A model generated the notes under the pieces. It was not told where the DNA came from, did not search any database, and saw only the letters and a list, made by a program, of their open reading frames with translations. A program made the translations under genes and the position numbers. DNA of 55,374 nucleotides from a virus (lineage: Duplodnaviria; Caudoviricetes), in the IMG/VR virus record IMGVR_UViG_3300005529_001081, positions 1-55,374 of that record, one strand, 5' to 3'. Shown here one piece after another: positions 26,837 to 37,200 of the stretch. Numbering within the stretch: the first letter of the stretch is position 1; every line of letters begins with the position of its first letter.

Positions 26837-27804
26837 AGACCGAAAAGGCGAAAGTCTCGATTTCAGCTCGCGCGGAGAAGGCCATCAAATGGCTGGATCA
26901 CGTGATAGAAGCCGATGGAGGAGTGCACCGCAACCTGGACGTCGTCTCCGAAGCCAAAGGACCCGTCTCGACGGAAATTACGGGATATGCCGCCCACCTG
27001 TTCGCCTGGCTGGGCCTGGTCACAGGAGAAAAGGAGTTCATCAGCCGAGCGGAACTGCACGCGGATTGGATTGTGCGGCTCTGGTCTTCACAGACCACTT
27101 TCCTTACCTTCGAGCCTGGCGCCGATCTCACGTATTTCTTCGACACCGGGATCGTTGCTAGGGCTTTGGCGCTATGCGCCAGGGCGGCCGGCTCTTCGCT
27201 TTACGAGGCGATCGCGCGAAAGCTGGCTGAGTACATGAAGCATTTCCGGGGGCCTGCCGGCTCGTACCGACCCATCCATGATCGAAATGGGGAGCCACAC
27301 GATTCGGAATCGACCTGGTGGTCCCGCTCAGCGGGTCCGTATCAGCTCAAGGCAGCGCTGATCTGGAGATACTTCGGGGATCCGGCCTGGAGCGAGTTGC
27401 TCCAGCGCTATCTATCCTCTGAGGTTGAGGCTCCGACGGACTTCTATGAAGCCGGCGACAGGCTCCATCCCGCGTCTTATTTCAGCGAAGCCCTGGCACA
27501 GGGAGGCGAACCGGACCGTGCGCTCGAAATTGCCGGTGAAATCCGGCCCTGGGCGAATTACAAGCTGTGTCGTACCGATGCATTGGCACAGCGCGTTCGA
27601 GTCGAGCGCCTGCTCAGGTCCAAGGCCGCGGCATCCGGCTACCTGCTGCACCAGGACGTCAAGTCCGGCGGCTTTTGGTTTGCGTCCCGGGACGGCGTTG
27701 TGCCGCCGGTTCTGAGCGCACACGCGACGATGTTCGCGATCCAGGCCATGGTTATGGAACAGCCCACAGCTCGCTGTGGTGTCGAGGAACTCGAAATCGT
27801 ATGA
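26833..27804 (+). CDS. Alpha/alpha-barrel protein (glycan epimerase/hydrolase-like)
   Basis: STEITGY, YFFDTG...AL and ATMFAIQA pattern like proteins found in polysaccharide loci. Confidence 0.55.
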   Translation: MKTEKAKVSISARAEKAIKWLDHVIEADGGVHRNLDVVSEAKGPVSTEITGYAAHLFAWLGLVTGEKEFISRAELHADWIVRLWSSQTTFLTFEPGADLTYFFDTGIVARALALCARAAGSSLYEAIARKLAEYMKHFRGPAGSYRPIHDRNGEPHDSESTWWSRSAGPYQLKAALIWRYFGDPAWSELLQRYLSSEVEAPTDFYEAGDRLHPASYFSEALAQGGEPDRALEIAGEIRPWANYKLCRTDALAQRVRVERLLRSKAAASGYLLHQDVKSGGFWFASRDGVVPPVLSAHATMFAIQAMVMEQPTARCGVEELEIV

Positions 27805-28559
27805 GCCGGCCGCAGTGCATAGTCACGAGCTACCAGCGCCCGAAGTATCTGGAGCCTTGCCTGGACTCGATGCGCCAGGACGATATCGAGTTGTATGTCG
27901 TTGACGGCGGATCCGACCAGCAGACACGCTCGATTATCGAGCGCCTGGCGGATGGCTGGATATTTCTAGAGGGCAACCCGGGCGCGGACGTTTTGAAGAA
28001 CGCCGGCATCGAACGTTTCGTGACTCAGTCTCAGTTCATCATTGGCAGCGACGACTACCTGTTCCCCAAGGGCTGGTCGGGCCTGGCAACTGAGCAGTAC
28101 AGGGCTCTTAACGCGAACGGACTGAAATACGCCATGATGGCGTGCCCGACCGAACAAGTGATCGCCCGCCACACCCAGCCTGAGGGCCTCAACGGCGGTG
28201 CCGGAATTCACTATTTCCGCGAATCTCGCACAGGGATCGAGATCATGACCACCAGTTGCGCCATGGTTGCCGGGACGGTAATGGATGCGGACGTTGTGCG
28301 CCGGGTCGGAGGGTTCCCGGTTTACGGCAAGAGCGGCCAGGGCGACTGGGCCATATCGAAACGGATCCGGCGGCTGGGATACGAAGTCGGGTACCTCAGC
28401 GAGCCCGTGATCGTTCACTTAGGGCAGCAGAAGTTCGAGGATTATCCCGAATATTCCGCCGACTTTGCCGCGGACGAGGCGGTCTGGCTCAAGCGGGCGC
28501 GCCAGGACCAATGGAGACCTGCGCGGCCGAATCAGGATGGCGAGGCAGCGAGATGCTGA
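27801..28559 (+). CDS. Glycosyltransferase family 2
   Basis: VTSYQRP.YL, VVDGGSD, SDD, VGGF, GD. Confidence 0.9.
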   Translation: MSRPQCIVTSYQRPKYLEPCLDSMRQDDIELYVVDGGSDQQTRSIIERLADGWIFLEGNPGADVLKNAGIERFVTQSQFIIGSDDYLFPKGWSGLATEQYRALNANGLKYAMMACPTEQVIARHTQPEGLNGGAGIHYFRESRTGIEIMTTSCAMVAGTVMDADVVRRVGGFPVYGKSGQGDWAISKRIRRLGYEVGYLSEPVIVHLGQQKFEDYPEYSADFAADEAVWLKRARQDQWRPARPNQDGEAARC

Positions 28560-29140
28560 GAATCCATCAGGAAAACCTGAACACTCCCGCGTACTTCGAT
28601 CAGATCTGGTCGACGCCGGACTTTCACCGTTTCGACCGGGTCCGGATGGAGGCCTTCGTCGAGAAAGTCCGGGAAGGAGATCTGGTACTGGACGTCGGCT
28701 GCGGTTTGTTCGGATGGGCCGAATACCTGATGACGTTGCGCCGCCCTCGCGCGATCGCGCATGCCGTGGACTTCTCGCCTTATGCTCTTCAGACACTCGG
28801 GGAACGGTGTCCCGGGCTGATCCTTGCCCACGCCGACATCCGTGAGGGCCTGCCGTACGCTTCTGGTTCGTTCGATATGGTCGGCGCCGGTGAGCTGATC
28901 GAACACATGGAGCATCCCCAGGCCCTGGTCGACGAGCTCGCCCGGGCAACCAAGCCGGGCGGCTGGATCGTGGTAGGTACGGTCGATCCTCACTGCGAGG
29001 ACGGCAAGGATCTCGAGTACCCGGAACATCTCTGGGAGTTCACGCCGGCCGAGCTCGCCGCGTTTTCAGCAAAACACGGACCGACCCAGTACAAACGCGT
29101 CGGCAATTACGATTTCACGTTCTGCCGGAAGGGCTTCTGA
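28553..29140 (+). CDS. Class I SAM-dependent methyltransferase
   Basis: VLDVGCG, VDFS, FD, ELIEH, KPGG. Confidence 0.92.
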   Translation: MLRIHQENLNTPAYFDQIWSTPDFHRFDRVRMEAFVEKVREGDLVLDVGCGLFGWAEYLMTLRRPRAIAHAVDFSPYALQTLGERCPGLILAHADIREGLPYASGSFDMVGAGELIEHMEHPQALVDELARATKPGGWIVVGTVDPHCEDGKDLEYPEHLWEFTPAELAAFSAKHGPTQYKRVGNYDFTFCRKGF

Positions 29141-29143
29141 GGG

Positions 29144-29683
29144 ATGGTCCTCCTGGATCTCGATGATTTCTGCGAAGGGAATAGCCGGCTTCATGAACTC
29201 TGCTTGCTGCGCAGGCAGATTCCCGGGTTCAAGGTCACGCTGTTCACGATCGTAGGCCGCTGCTCTCCGGCATACCTGAGCGCGATCGCCAGCCTGGATT
29301 GGATCGACCTGGTCCCGCACGGGGAAATGCACGAAACCTCGCGGGAATGTCAGGGATGGACTTATGACCGGTCTGTCCGCTATCTCGACTGGGTCGAACC
29401 ACTCGGTCTCACCAGGGGTTTCAAAGCACCTGGATGGCAGATTAGCGATGGCATGTACCAGGCGCTCCTCGAGCGGGACTGGTGGGTCGCCGACCAGGAG
29501 TACAACGACGGCCGCCGGCCCGCAGGGTTGAGAAATTACGTGCTCGGCCGGGGAGAGAACGTGCAGATACACGGGCATGTCGGTCACCTGGGCGGCCACA
29601 ACCTGAACGAGCTCGAGTTCATCACCGAGCAAATCCTGTCCATGAAAGGCCAGGAATTCGGTTTCGTGAAGGATTTCGTCTGA
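29144..29683 (+). CDS. Polysaccharide deacetylase (CE4/DUF2334-like)
   Basis: DLDD, HGEMH, FKAPGW, HGH. Confidence 0.8.
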   Translation: MVLLDLDDFCEGNSRLHELCLLRRQIPGFKVTLFTIVGRCSPAYLSAIASLDWIDLVPHGEMHETSRECQGWTYDRSVRYLDWVEPLGLTRGFKAPGWQISDGMYQALLERDWWVADQEYNDGRRPAGLRNYVLGRGENVQIHGHVGHLGGHNLNELEFITEQILSMKGQEFGFVKDFV

Positions 29684-29686
29684 GCT

Positions 29687-30370
29687 GTGACCTACGACAT
29701 CGTCGTCCCCCATTACGGGAAAGGGCGTCTCACCGAGCTCTGCAAGCGATGCCTCGAAACGGTTCGGGACTACTCGGCCGACTACCGGCTGATATTCGTT
29801 GACAACGGTTCTCCGGAATTTCCCCGCATCTACCCGGAGCTTCGCCAGCACCGAACCGCCACAGTCTTGCGGAATACGAAAAACGTGGGGTTCGTGAGGG
29901 CGGTAAATCAGGGCATCGCCATGGCCCGAGCCCCGTATGTGGTTCTGCTGAACAACGACGCCGAAGCCGTCCCCGGCTGGCTCGAGGCCCTAAGAGCGCC
30001 GCTTGACGCCGGCGCTGCGCTCAGCGGGCCCAGGACCACCGCCGCCGGGAGCTGGCAGGGACGAACTCATGCTGGCCCGGGCTGGGAGTTCCTGCACAGC
30101 CGGGCGATGTTGGCTTTCTTCTGCACCATGTTCCGGCGCGAAGTTTTCGAGCAGCTGGGAGCACTGGACGAGGATTTCGGACCAGGTCTTGGGGATGACG
30201 ATCATTTTTGCTGGCTGGCCCAGCGTGCAGGCATGAGACTGGCTCTGGTCCGCAGCCTGGTGATCCCGCATCATCACCGGTCGACGTTCAAGGAAGTGTA
30301 CGGATCAGAAGCCATACCGGCCATGCAGGAGCGCGCGATGGCTCTTTTTCGAGAAAAGTCAAGCAGATGA
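29687..30370 (+). CDS. Glycosyltransferase family 2
   Basis: VDNGS, NVGFVRAVNQG, LLNND, LDEDF, DDDH. Confidence 0.92.
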   Translation: MTYDIVVPHYGKGRLTELCKRCLETVRDYSADYRLIFVDNGSPEFPRIYPELRQHRTATVLRNTKNVGFVRAVNQGIAMARAPYVVLLNNDAEAVPGWLEALRAPLDAGAALSGPRTTAAGSWQGRTHAGPGWEFLHSRAMLAFFCTMFRREVFEQLGALDEDFGPGLGDDDHFCWLAQRAGMRLALVRSLVIPHHHRSTFKEVYGSEAIPAMQERAMALFREKSSR

Positions 30371-31038
30371 TCACGCTGATTACATGCACCGGCGGCCGTC
30401 CGGAGGCCTTCGCATTATGCGAGCGGTGGATGTCGCGCCAGACGCTCGACGCCGACATGCAGTGGATCGTCGTCGACGATTGTGATCCAGCTACGCCCGC
30501 GAATCGAGGCCAGATCATCCTCCGACCGCAGCCCCGGTGGGAGCCTGGCACACTGACGCTGGCGCGGAACCTGGCCGCGGCGTTGACCATGGCGCGCGGC
30601 GACAAGATCATTTTCATTGAGGATGACGACTGGTACGGACCAACCTATCTGGCCGACATGAGCGCTCGCCTGGATGGGGTTCCGCTGGCCGGGGAGATTC
30701 CGGCCAGATACTACCACGTTCCGGAGAGACGGTACTTCGAGGTTGGCAACGCGCATCACGCGAGCCTTTGCCAAACCGGAATTCGAGGTGACATGGTACC
30801 GGCGCTTCTGTCAGCGTGCCAAGCCGAATCGAAATTCCTCGACCTGCTTCTTTGGCAGAAATTCGGAAAGAAAGGCCGGCTGGAAGTGGGCTCCGGATCC
30901 GTCGGCATCAAGGGCATGCCCGGGCGGCCAGGCATTGGAGTCGGCCACCGGTCATCTGGCTCGCGATGGAAGGCGGATCCGTCTGGCGAAGGCCTGCGAA
31001 GTTGGATCGGCTTGGACGCCGTCGCCTATGGGGTTTGA
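30367..31038 (+). CDS. Glycosyltransferase family 2 (GT-A)
   Basis: LITCTGGRP, WIVVDD, FIEDDDWY. Confidence 0.88.
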   Translation: MITLITCTGGRPEAFALCERWMSRQTLDADMQWIVVDDCDPATPANRGQIILRPQPRWEPGTLTLARNLAAALTMARGDKIIFIEDDDWYGPTYLADMSARLDGVPLAGEIPARYYHVPERRYFEVGNAHHASLCQTGIRGDMVPALLSACQAESKFLDLLLWQKFGKKGRLEVGSGSVGIKGMPGRPGIGVGHRSSGSRWKADPSGEGLRSWIGLDAVAYGV

Positions 31039-31330
31039 TTTTTCTCCGCTCAGGAACGCCGAGCTCGCCGTGTTCGGGGATCCAGCTACGTTTCAGCCAG
31101 CCGATTCCGATTTGGACGACCTCGAGCACTCGGTCATCGAAGTGGATCCCGCAACGCTTCCGCCCGACACTTCGGGTGCACCGGTTAAGGTCCTATGGAC
31201 CGCACGCACGGTTTTTTCGGGATCCAGATTGCCAGCCAAGAACGATCGCTATTCGAAGGACGGCGACCAGTACCGGGTGTACGACGTGAAGACGGATAAG
31301 GCCGGCGGAGTATTGATTTTCCTCACATAG
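31028..31330 (+). CDS. Head-tail joining protein (gpFII-like)
   Basis: VFGDPATF...D......YRV.DV..D..G; position. Confidence 0.65.
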   Translation: MGFDFSPLRNAELAVFGDPATFQPADSDLDDLEHSVIEVDPATLPPDTSGAPVKVLWTARTVFSGSRLPAKNDRYSKDGDQYRVYDVKTDKAGGVLIFLT

Positions 31331-31337
31331 ATTCGAA

Positions 31338-31790
31338 ATGACAAATACGCTTCGCGGCAAGCTTGCAGGAAAGCTCGCCGCGATCTCTTCACTGACATCG
31401 CTCTTCGCGACCGGTTCGATCGAGGAGTACATCGAGGAAGAGAATGGTGACCTCTTCGCAGCAATCGCCAACCTGAAGCCACCCAGACTTCTCGTTTACG
31501 TTGCCGGGATTTCGACCGGTAGGCAGATGGGATTGTTCTCCCAGCGCTTGGCCATGGCCATTCGTGGCGACGTCGATCCTTTGGCGGTCTACGCCGCAAT
31601 CGTGAATGAAGCGCCGTCCGGAGATTCGCTGGCGCTGCCATTTCAGGAGCTCGACGCGCATTACGAGCCAATGGGGATCCCCGAGCTCGAGCGCCAGTTC
31701 ATTCAGGTGGGCGAGGGATCTTCACTCAGCTATTGGAACTTATCCGTAGTTTTCAGAAGTCGTTCAAGCGACACGACGTTCGTCGCCTAA
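31338..31790 (+). CDS. Putative tail terminator protein
   Basis: Size and position immediately before the tail tube gene. Confidence 0.5.
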   Translation: MTNTLRGKLAGKLAAISSLTSLFATGSIEEYIEEENGDLFAAIANLKPPRLLVYVAGISTGRQMGLFSQRLAMAIRGDVDPLAVYAAIVNEAPSGDSLALPFQELDAHYEPMGIPELERQFIQVGEGSSLSYWNLSVVFRSRSSDTTFVA

Positions 31791-31852
31791 AAACCAGATC
31801 AAAAGCAGACCACACGAAAGAGCCGGGCGCCCCTTAGTCCGGAAGGAGAAAT

Positions 31853-32932
31853 ATGCCAGCAAGAATTCAAGAGCTTAAAATCGGCATCGGGTTTCACCGC
31901 CAGACGGGCACCGGCGCCAGCGGAACGACCAAAACGCAGCTACAGACCGCCTTGGCGGCCATCGATCTGTGGAATCTCGGCCTGAACGCGTTTAACGCAC
32001 CCTTCCCTCAATTCAAAGCCGAAGACGATTCGGACTTCTTCGGCAAGGGCGACGAATGGGTGCGCCAGGTCTTTCCGACCTCGCTCGACGTGCCGTGGGA
32101 GTGGCCTTACTTCCTGACGAGTCAAAACTTCGCCCAGGTGATCGCTTTCGCGCTGGGGAAAACCACGAAGACTCCCGCGGGAAGCGGATTCCAGTACGTG
32201 GCCACTCCGATGGATCCCGTGACCGACGGAGTAAATCTGCCGGCCACGACTGTCGTTGCGGGCATCCGTCAGGCGACCGCAGGCGAAATGCTCGACATGG
32301 CTATCATCGGCATGGTCTGCACCGGATTCACCTTCCGGCTGACCAAGGGGTCTGGCCTTCAGAATAGCTCGCTAGTGTCGAGGTGGTCCGGCTGCGGCAA
32401 GTTCTCGAACAATTCAGGGGTTACGATCCCGGCGCGCTCAAACGAGGCTCGACTCGGCGCCGGCTCGGCCACAGCGATCAACATCAATGGTGTCGATTAC
32501 ATCACAAATGCCCGCTTTGTGGATCTCGAGTTCACCTACGATAACGGGTACAACCCGGAAGCGGGCAAGTTCCCCGGATCTGGATCCCAGAGCGGTTACG
32601 ACATCGGTGGGCGCGCGCGATTCGGGAAACGCACCGCTTCCCTGGTCTGGACCGTCGAACTGGAGCAAGATTCGCAAGAGCTTTCTGACCTAACAAGCCA
32701 GGTGGTCGGGTCCAGCCACATCCAACTGGTTGGCGCGGCGATCGGCGGCGGATCTTTCCACACCGCCGATATCTTGCTGCCGCAAACGATTCACAAAGAG
32801 TTCTCCATGCAGGACTCTGGCGACGGCTTCGTTGCTGCCAAGGTGGTGACAGCGATCGAATTCAACGACAGCCTCGGACCGATGGTTCTCACCGCCATCA
32901 CCGACAAAGACGAGATCGGAGAAGACGCGTAA
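31853..32932 (+). CDS. Major tail (tube) protein
   Basis: Strong AAGGAG RBS; beta-rich; precedes chaperone and tape measure. Confidence 0.7.
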   Translation: MPARIQELKIGIGFHRQTGTGASGTTKTQLQTALAAIDLWNLGLNAFNAPFPQFKAEDDSDFFGKGDEWVRQVFPTSLDVPWEWPYFLTSQNFAQVIAFALGKTTKTPAGSGFQYVATPMDPVTDGVNLPATTVVAGIRQATAGEMLDMAIIGMVCTGFTFRLTKGSGLQNSSLVSRWSGCGKFSNNSGVTIPARSNEARLGAGSATAININGVDYITNARFVDLEFTYDNGYNPEAGKFPGSGSQSGYDIGGRARFGKRTASLVWTVELEQDSQELSDLTSQVVGSSHIQLVGAAIGGGSFHTADILLPQTIHKEFSMQDSGDGFVAAKVVTAIEFNDSLGPMVLTAITDKDEIGEDA

Positions 32933-32933
32933 A

Positions 32934-33530
32934 ATGTTCAATTCCCGCGAGCCGTTCAAGGTCCGGATCCTTTCAGGGACCGAGAAGATTTGCGAGGTCA
33001 ACTACCCCTCGGACAGGCAATGGTGCGAGCTGGCACGCAAAAAGAAGAGCATCAAGCGACAGACCGGCCGTGGCCTCTCGGAATGGGAGGACGCGCCCGG
33101 TCAGGAGTCGCTCGACAAGGAGCTGCTCGACGGGCTCCGGCCTCCGGAGGCCTCGCCCGAGTTCGACAAGTACGAGGCCTCCAAGATCGTCGGCCGCCTG
33201 GCCAGGGCTTCTCTCATTTCGATCGAGAGAAGCCTGGATCTGTTCCGTATCGAGCTGAGAGTGTTCGGCGGTGAAGTCGTGCACACGCTCAAGATGCCGA
33301 CGGAACAGGACAAAGCGGAGCACGAGCGCCTTTCATCGAAGCTGGCCTCCGGTAAGCGGCACATGGAGTACCGGATCGACCTCGAGCCGTCTGGCGCGAT
33401 CTGGGACCGACTGAAGTCAGAAATCTCTGGTTATGCGGAGGAGAGCGCTGTCCCGATCGTTCACAAGGCTGCCGCCTTGGCTGAGCTCATCGCCTATGTG
33501 CAGGAGCTCGAGGCCGAAGACCCGGAATAG
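32934..33530 (+). CDS. Tail assembly chaperone (gpG-like)
   Basis: Position between tube and tape measure; acidic C-terminus. Confidence 0.65.
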   Translation: MFNSREPFKVRILSGTEKICEVNYPSDRQWCELARKKKSIKRQTGRGLSEWEDAPGQESLDKELLDGLRPPEASPEFDKYEASKIVGRLARASLISIERSLDLFRIELRVFGGEVVHTLKMPTEQDKAEHERLSSKLASGKRHMEYRIDLEPSGAIWDRLKSEISGYAEESAVPIVHKAAALAELIAYVQELEAEDPE

Positions 33531-33802
33531 CGTCGGGCCCGGCGATTCGCAGCACCATCCGGGCCCTCCTCGAAGGCCAGCCTGTCGAGGATACATCTTT
33601 ACTGTCAAGACTTCGGAGGCTGGATATTGCCCTGAAGCTCGGGTTCACGCTCACTCTGGCAGATGTCACGGCCGAGGAGTTCCTCGGCCTAACCATTCTC
33701 AACGAAGAACGCGATCGCATGCGCGCCCTCAGCCAGCAGAGGGATAACTCGATGGAAGAGCTCAGGTCAAAACGCGATTCCGCGGAGTTCGGAACTTTCT
33801 AA
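33521..33802 (+). CDS. -1 frameshift extension of the tail chaperone (gpGT-like)
   Basis: The -1 frame is open from 33485 to 33802 with no early start codon; CCCGGAA at 33521-33527 lies just before the TAG. Confidence 0.65.
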   Translation, partial: PGIASGPAIRSTIRALLEGQPVEDTSLLSRLRRLDIALKLGFTLTLADVTAEEFLGLTILNEERDRMRALSQQRDNSMEELRSKRDSAEFGTF

Positions 33803-33807
33803 ACAAA

Positions 33808-34230
33808 GTGGCCTTTCAGATCAAAATCACGCGCGCGCGGTTCCACGTGTCCGGTTACAGTCCACAGCAGATGGTCGCAATCGGTCAGGCTTTGATCAGC
33901 CGCGGAATCGTCCCGCGGGTCCGAGCCGGCGGGACGGTCGCCGATTCGCCGGCGCCAGCTCTCAGGCCCGGATACGCCAGATTCAAGGAACGCCGCGGCG
34001 TTCCGGCAATCAGGAATTGGACTTTGACCGGCCGCACCCTCCGAAGCCTGAAGGTACTTCGTGCCTCCGCGAACCGCGCCGTGATCGGGTTCACCGACGC
34101 CTTAACGAATCTTCGTGCGGTTCTTAACAACCGGCGAGCTCGCCAATTTGGCGTGTCGCCGGCGGACCGCAACGTAGTCGCTCAAGAAATCCAGGCGCAG
34201 GACAGCCCAGTTAGCGCGAAAGCAGCATAA
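33808..34230 (+). CDS. Neck/tail completion protein (virion morphogenesis-like)
   Basis: Basic protein; L...YA..K...TG.TL.SL...AVIGF pattern. Confidence 0.55.
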   Translation: MAFQIKITRARFHVSGYSPQQMVAIGQALISRGIVPRVRAGGTVADSPAPALRPGYARFKERRGVPAIRNWTLTGRTLRSLKVLRASANRAVIGFTDALTNLRAVLNNRRARQFGVSPADRNVVAQEIQAQDSPVSAKAA

Positions 34231-34233
34231 CCC

Positions 34234-37200
34234 ATGCCGAACCAGGTCGAGACGATTGAGCTGACGGTCGACGACCGCCCGGCAGTTCAGGGAGCTGATC
34301 GGGCCAACGCCAGGCTTGAGCAGTTCGAAAAGACCGGCGCGCGCGCGGCTCAGTCCACATCCAAGGCCTTCGAAGACGTCGGCGCGACTGTTGTGCGTTT
34401 CGCTGACCGGTCTGCGTCCGGCATGGAGCGTAGCCTGGCATCACTGCAGAGGCGGCTTGCCCAATTCAGCAGTCCCGCCGAAAGGCTTGCTTCGGAGCGG
34501 GTCGCGGCTCTTCCGCGGTTCGCCGGAGACGAAGAAAGGCTGAGACGAGCGACCGAGCTGTATGACCAGCTGGCGGCCGCCCAGAAGCGGGCGGATAATA
34601 CCGCACTGCTTGAGCGTGCCCAACGTGCCTCGCGGGCTGCGGAGGGAGCAACGAGCGCCTTTCAAGTCGCGCTTTCTCGATCGAATGCAGAGCGTCAGCG
34701 AGAGGCGAAACTCGCCGAACAGGAATCTCGCGCTATAGAAGGCCAAGTGCGGCAGATCGAGCGAAGCAGGGCGCTGTCCGACGCCGGAGCGGTGGATCGC
34801 CTCCGGCTGCAGCGCAAGTTTGCGCTCGAGGATCTCGGACCCAAGGCCTCTCCGGAACAAGTGGCCAGGGTGCAACGAGCGTTTCAGAGCGCAATTGAGG
34901 CCGAGGAAAAACTAGGCGAGGCGGCCGGCTTGAAGGGGTTCGGTGACAGGCTTCGGGGATTCGTGGAGGATCCGCTCGGATCCGCGCGCAATCTATTACA
35001 GAGCGTTTTCGGCGGAATCACAGCCGGCGGCCTGGCGGCTGCCGCGGGCTTGGCGGTGCTGGCGACGGCCGCTGAAAAAGCTTTCGGCATCGTCGCGGAC
35101 GCCGGAAAGAAAGCGGAAACCAGCCTGAATCTGGCTGAGCGGCTGGGTACCACGGTTGCGGAAGCTCAGACACTGTCGGCGGTAGCCCGCATCACCTCGG
35201 TAGACATCGGCAGCGTGGAATCGTCGGTCAAGAAGCTTTCATCGGCGCTCGCCGAAGGCGGAAACGAAGGCAAGCAGGGCGCAGATGCTCTCAAATCGAT
35301 TGGAGTGTTCGCCCGCGACTCTCAGGGGAATCTGAAGGGATTCTATCAGCTCTTCGGCCAGATCGCTGACGGGATCGACAAGCTTCCGGACCACGCCCAG
35401 AAGGTTAGCGTTCTGGAGAATCTGTTCGGCAAGGGCGCGGTATCGATGCTGCCGATGATCCGCAATTTCCGGGAGCTCGAGGAGGAAGCAAGAAGGCTGG
35501 GGCTGACCCTCGACGAGGATCTCGTCCGCAGACTGGGCAAGGCCGATGACACCATCGACAAGCTCGGCTTGGCCTGGGACGCGCTCAAGGCGCGCTTCGC
35601 CGGCCGCCTGGAGCCGATCGTAATTCCGCTCGTTATCGAGGCCACAAACATCCTCGGGAAGAGCCCCACGGAAATTCTGAAGAACGAGTTCGACAACACA
35701 ATTGGGAACCCGTTTCTGAATCCAATCGCGCTGGCGATCCAGCACATTAAAGCCGATCTCGCGGACGTAAAACCAAAGGCAGTCTCAGCCACCGCGGCCG
35801 TGGCGACGCTGTCCAAATCCGAGGTTAATTTCGAGGACCAGCGGCGAGCACAGGTTCTGCGAGCCCAATTTGAGGCGCGCAGCACACTCGATTCCTTGAA
35901 GCGCGAGATCGATGACAAGGACAAGGACCTCCGCGAGGCCCAGGCGAAACTGGATCAGTTACCGAAGGACGCCAGTTCCGCTGTGGTCGCTTCCACGATC
36001 CGCACGATCGAGGCTCTGCGTTCCGAGGACGACGCGCTTAAGCTCAAGGCGAAAGTCCTTTCAGAGCTGCCCGATCGCCAGAAGCAGGCGCGCGACGCGG
36101 CGCTCGAGGCCGACGCCGCGGAGCTCAGCGGAATTTCGAAAATACTCGCCGAGCGGCAACGGCAGATAGACCAGATTTCCACGTTCAGCGAGCATGGCCA
36201 GACCGTACGAATCGACCTTGCAAAACAAGCCCCCGACATTCTCGCGAGCATCGAGGCGTCGACTCAGGCCAAAATCCGCGCCGAGCAGCGCAAAACCCAG
36301 CAGGAGCTGGCCGAGCTCAGCCAGAAAACCGCCGAATCCGTGGCTGCCGGGGAGAGGGCCACTCTTGGGGAGCGCGAGGCCGCCGAGGAGCGATTTAACG
36401 AAAGGCGCCTGGCGAGTGGCGCCATCTCTCTTCGGGAGCTCGAGAACGCCCGCCTTCAGCTCCACGTTGAAACTTTGAATAAGATCGCCGAACTGGACCG
36501 CCGCCAGGCCGCCGCCCAATTCGATCTTCAGATTGGGCAGCTGAAAAAGCAGCGCGATCTGGCGACGGCGCCGGAAGACAAACAGACGTTCAGCGCACGG
36601 ATCCGGGAGCTCGAGGCCCAACGCGAGCAGGCCATCAAAGGAGTAAACGACCGGGTTTCAGCCGCCTCGGCAGCGAGCGCCGAGGATCTGGACAATCTGC
36701 GGATCCGTCGCGATCGCGAATTCTCCGATCGCACGAAGTCCCTGCAATTCGACAATATCGAGGCGATTGGGCAAGCCCAACAGCGGGCGCTTGAGCACGC
36801 CCGGGATTCCCAGCTCGAGGCGCTTGCACTGGTGGACACCCAGACCCTGAGCGGCAAGCTGAGCGTCGAAGCTCGCAAATTCGAGATTGAATCGCAGTTT
36901 CTACGCCTGTCGGAAACGCTCCAGCGGGAATCGCTCGATCGCCGCCTCAAACGTGAGCTGGATCTCCTCGATATACAGGCCCGAGCAGAAGGGATTTCAG
37001 ACGAAGAGGCCGCGAAACGGCGCCTGGAGATTGAGGAGCAGTTCCAGATCCAGAGACAGGGCATCGCCGAAGATGCGAACGCTGCGATCGCGGCGAGCGC
37101 CACGCGGGCGGCCGCAGCACAGCTCGAAGCCATCAGGTCCCAGACGCGCTCGGTTTTCGACACTTTCAAGCGGGAATCCGAAGGCGTGTTCGATGCGTTG

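Noticed and set aside
24461-31038. Host LPS/capsule locus marking a prophage boundary
   Set aside because: The genes are translationally coupled to flanking head and head-tail genes, and phage synteny continues on both sides
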